Source of the DNA: a virus
Taxonomy: Duplodnaviria > Caudoviricetes
Length of the DNA: 64,000 nucleotides
Direction: 5' to 3' (one strand)
IMG/VR virus record: IMGVR_UViG_3300021400_000262
Span: 1 to 64,000 of that record
Shown here: in pieces, positions 61,889 to 64,000 of the stretch
How positions within the stretch are numbered: the first letter of the stretch is position 1
Layout of the letters: the number at the start of each line of letters is the position of its first letter
Translations under genes and position numbers: made by a program
The notes under the pieces: model-generated
The model's input: only the letters and a program-made list of their open reading frames with translations
What the model was told of the DNA's origin: nothing
Databases searched by the model: none

Positions 61889-64000
61889 TTGGGAGATAAA
61901 AGCGAACAATTATTTCAAGGAATAGAAATAATTGCAAAAGGGCTTATATCTGATTTAAAATTTAATAAAACCTCAGTATGTACTATTAAAGATACAAAAG
62001 AAGCTTCGCAAGGTAAATATTATGTTACTGATGGAACAAGTTATTTTTATGCATATTCAGAAAATACTGATTATGTAAAAGAATAGCAAGTATATGTAAT
62101 GATTCCTAATGGCGATTATAATAATTAGAAAATTATTACTGGTAAATATTTAGCGAATGAAAACGAATCATATACTTATTCAGCTCCTTTTAATTCTTTT
62201 GTAGATATAACTGGAAATCTTTATAATAGTGCTATTGATGAAGTCCCAAAGTTAGATTCTTCTTTAATTGCGAATGGGGAAATTAAAGAAATTCTTTTAT
62301 GGGAAAATAAAGATTCATTAAAAGGATATACTACTTTAGGTGTTAAAGCAGATTTTAAATCTTTATTAAAAGAGTTTAATACAGTTGAAGGTACTTATGG
62401 ATTAAGAATCGCTATTCGTTTTATTGATTCTACCAATAGAGCTAATTCACAAGTAAGAGTTATTACTTTTACGAATGAAGATATGTATGGTAATCCGTAT
62501 AATTTTGAAACTTATTATACTCAAGAAAAATTATTTACAATAGCCGATAAAGATAAAATTATTGATAGAATTTAGGTATACTTCTTTTAGGATAAAAACT
62601 TTAGAGCTTCAAATGGAGTCAATATTCCTGTAGCTACATTACCGAATCTTTTTATTAAGAATGTTTTTGTTGCTTTAGGATATGATTTAAATGGCTTTGG
62701 AGAAGATTAGGTTTTATTATATAGTTTAAATTCTGATACTTATGATGCATCTTATAGCTCTTTTGAAAATAAGAAAACTATGAATATAAGATGGATTCAT
62801 AAAATAGATGATAATAATTTTGAATGTTATGCTGAAGAAAATGAAGAATTTTCAAATTCTTTAATCATACACTGGTATAAATATAATCTTTCAACTGGCG
62901 TTATAGATCCTCTTGCGGGTAATTTTTGGTAGGAAATACCAGAAGCAAAGAATAAATTTAAATATTCTATTTTTCCGAATACTATAGAAAGTAATGAATA
63001 GTATAAAGTAATTATTGAATCAATTCCTGATAATAATATTGATGATGCAGAGTTAAATAATCTTGAAAATTTAGTTTAGGAAAAATATAGTGTTTTAAAT
63101 GATTATACTGCTAGATATGGGAATTCTAATAACGAGATTGAAATGCAGTTATTAGAAAATGCTCGATAGGAATATGATGCTGCTGTTGAAGATTATGATT
63201 TTTAGAAAGCTTAGTTGTTTGCGGAAACCCAGTATTTTGAAAGTAATGTTTTAACTTTTACTAATGAATCTTTAGTTGCTAATTATGCAAGTATAGATTT
63301 AATTAATGGTCTTTCAATAGAATGTGATTTAAATGGTCAGAAGGGAATTTATAATATATATAATTCTCATAATGAATTAACTAATTCTAGTGAAGGCAAT
63401 AAAATGAGATTAATGACTGCGGTTTATAATTCTATTATAACTGGTCAAGAATCTCTTGATACTGCGGAAAAGATTTCTTGGAGATTCCCTTTAACTAAGA
63501 CAATGATTCAAACTCCAGTCGATGGCAAAGAATATAATACTGCCAATGGAGATGAATACTTTGAGGCTGCGGATGGTAGTTATTGTATTATCACGCGTGA
63601 TGGTACGAAAGCTACTGGGGACATAGGATCGTCTTTCCCGAACGCCGCGAGTCAATATTTTAGAATTAAACCTTATTATGTTGAAGGTGCTACTGATAAT
63701 ATAATTACTTGTTATGTAACCAAGAACAGAACTACTTATACAGCTTCAACTTCTCTTACCTTTGGAAATCAAGGAAATAGTGGAACAGATTTTACTTTTT
63801 TCCTTTAGTGGGAAGAAGGAAGTAATTGTATTTATGAGAATGATGAAGATCCAATTTAGATTTTTGCTCATTTATACGATGAAGAAAATAATGAAATTGC
63901 TCTACGAAATGTTACTTTTGAATGGGTTAATCCTGATACGAAGTTTAGAGATTTTATTATTAATGAAAGTCCAATTACTTTCTGCAATTCTACTGGAAGC
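61889..64000 (+). CDS. large tail/baseplate protein, 3' truncated by the window (TAG=Gln)
   Basis: TTG start after AAAGGAGG; fragments 61865 and 63215 in frame. Confidence 0.7.

Noticed and set aside
35656-64000. Fragmented late genes as pseudogenes or sequencing errors
   Set aside because: Breaks are only in-frame TAG, frames are preserved over kilobases and motifs are intact, which fits recoding
1-64000. Amber suppressor tRNA(CUA)
   Set aside because: The three tRNAs found read TGC, CCA and TTT; none has CTA, so it is probably outside the window

Overview
This window is part of a large, AT-rich, long-tailed (siphovirus-type) phage genome, probably infecting a gut Firmicute. A Lachnospiraceae-like host is inferred from the cell-wall-repeat protein and the SigA-type promoters and RBSs. 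It uses a dual genetic code: TAG is read as Gln (code 15) in the late, replication and sigma genes, which is why the supplied ORF track fragments them. Region 1 (1-11.5 kb, minus strand) holds middle genes, including a TAG-recoded RpoD-like sigma factor, a secreted cell-wall-repeat protein, an M20/M28-like peptidase, tRNA-Ala and an unusual long-variable-arm tRNA-Trp. Region 2 (11.6-14.1 kb) is a TAG-recoded RHH/DUF6291-HTH module followed by TTGCAA iteron-like repeats and GAA-loop hairpins, a putative origin. Region 3 (14.2-34.2 kb, minus strand) is a higher-GC array of dozens of self-promoted mini-cassettes, essentially free of in-frame TAG. It carries small proteins, paralog families, tRNA-Lys and several noncoding RNA cassettes, punctuated by GCCCGGGC palindromes and at least four other repeated DNA or RNA motifs. 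Region 4 (35.6-64 kb, plus strand) is the morphogenesis module: terminase, portal, protease/scaffold, major capsid with a probable -1 frameshift extension, neck, tail tube, a 2873-aa tape measure and the start of a tail protein. No integrase, CRISPR array or CUA suppressor tRNA is visible. All calls come from manual reading; no database searches were run.
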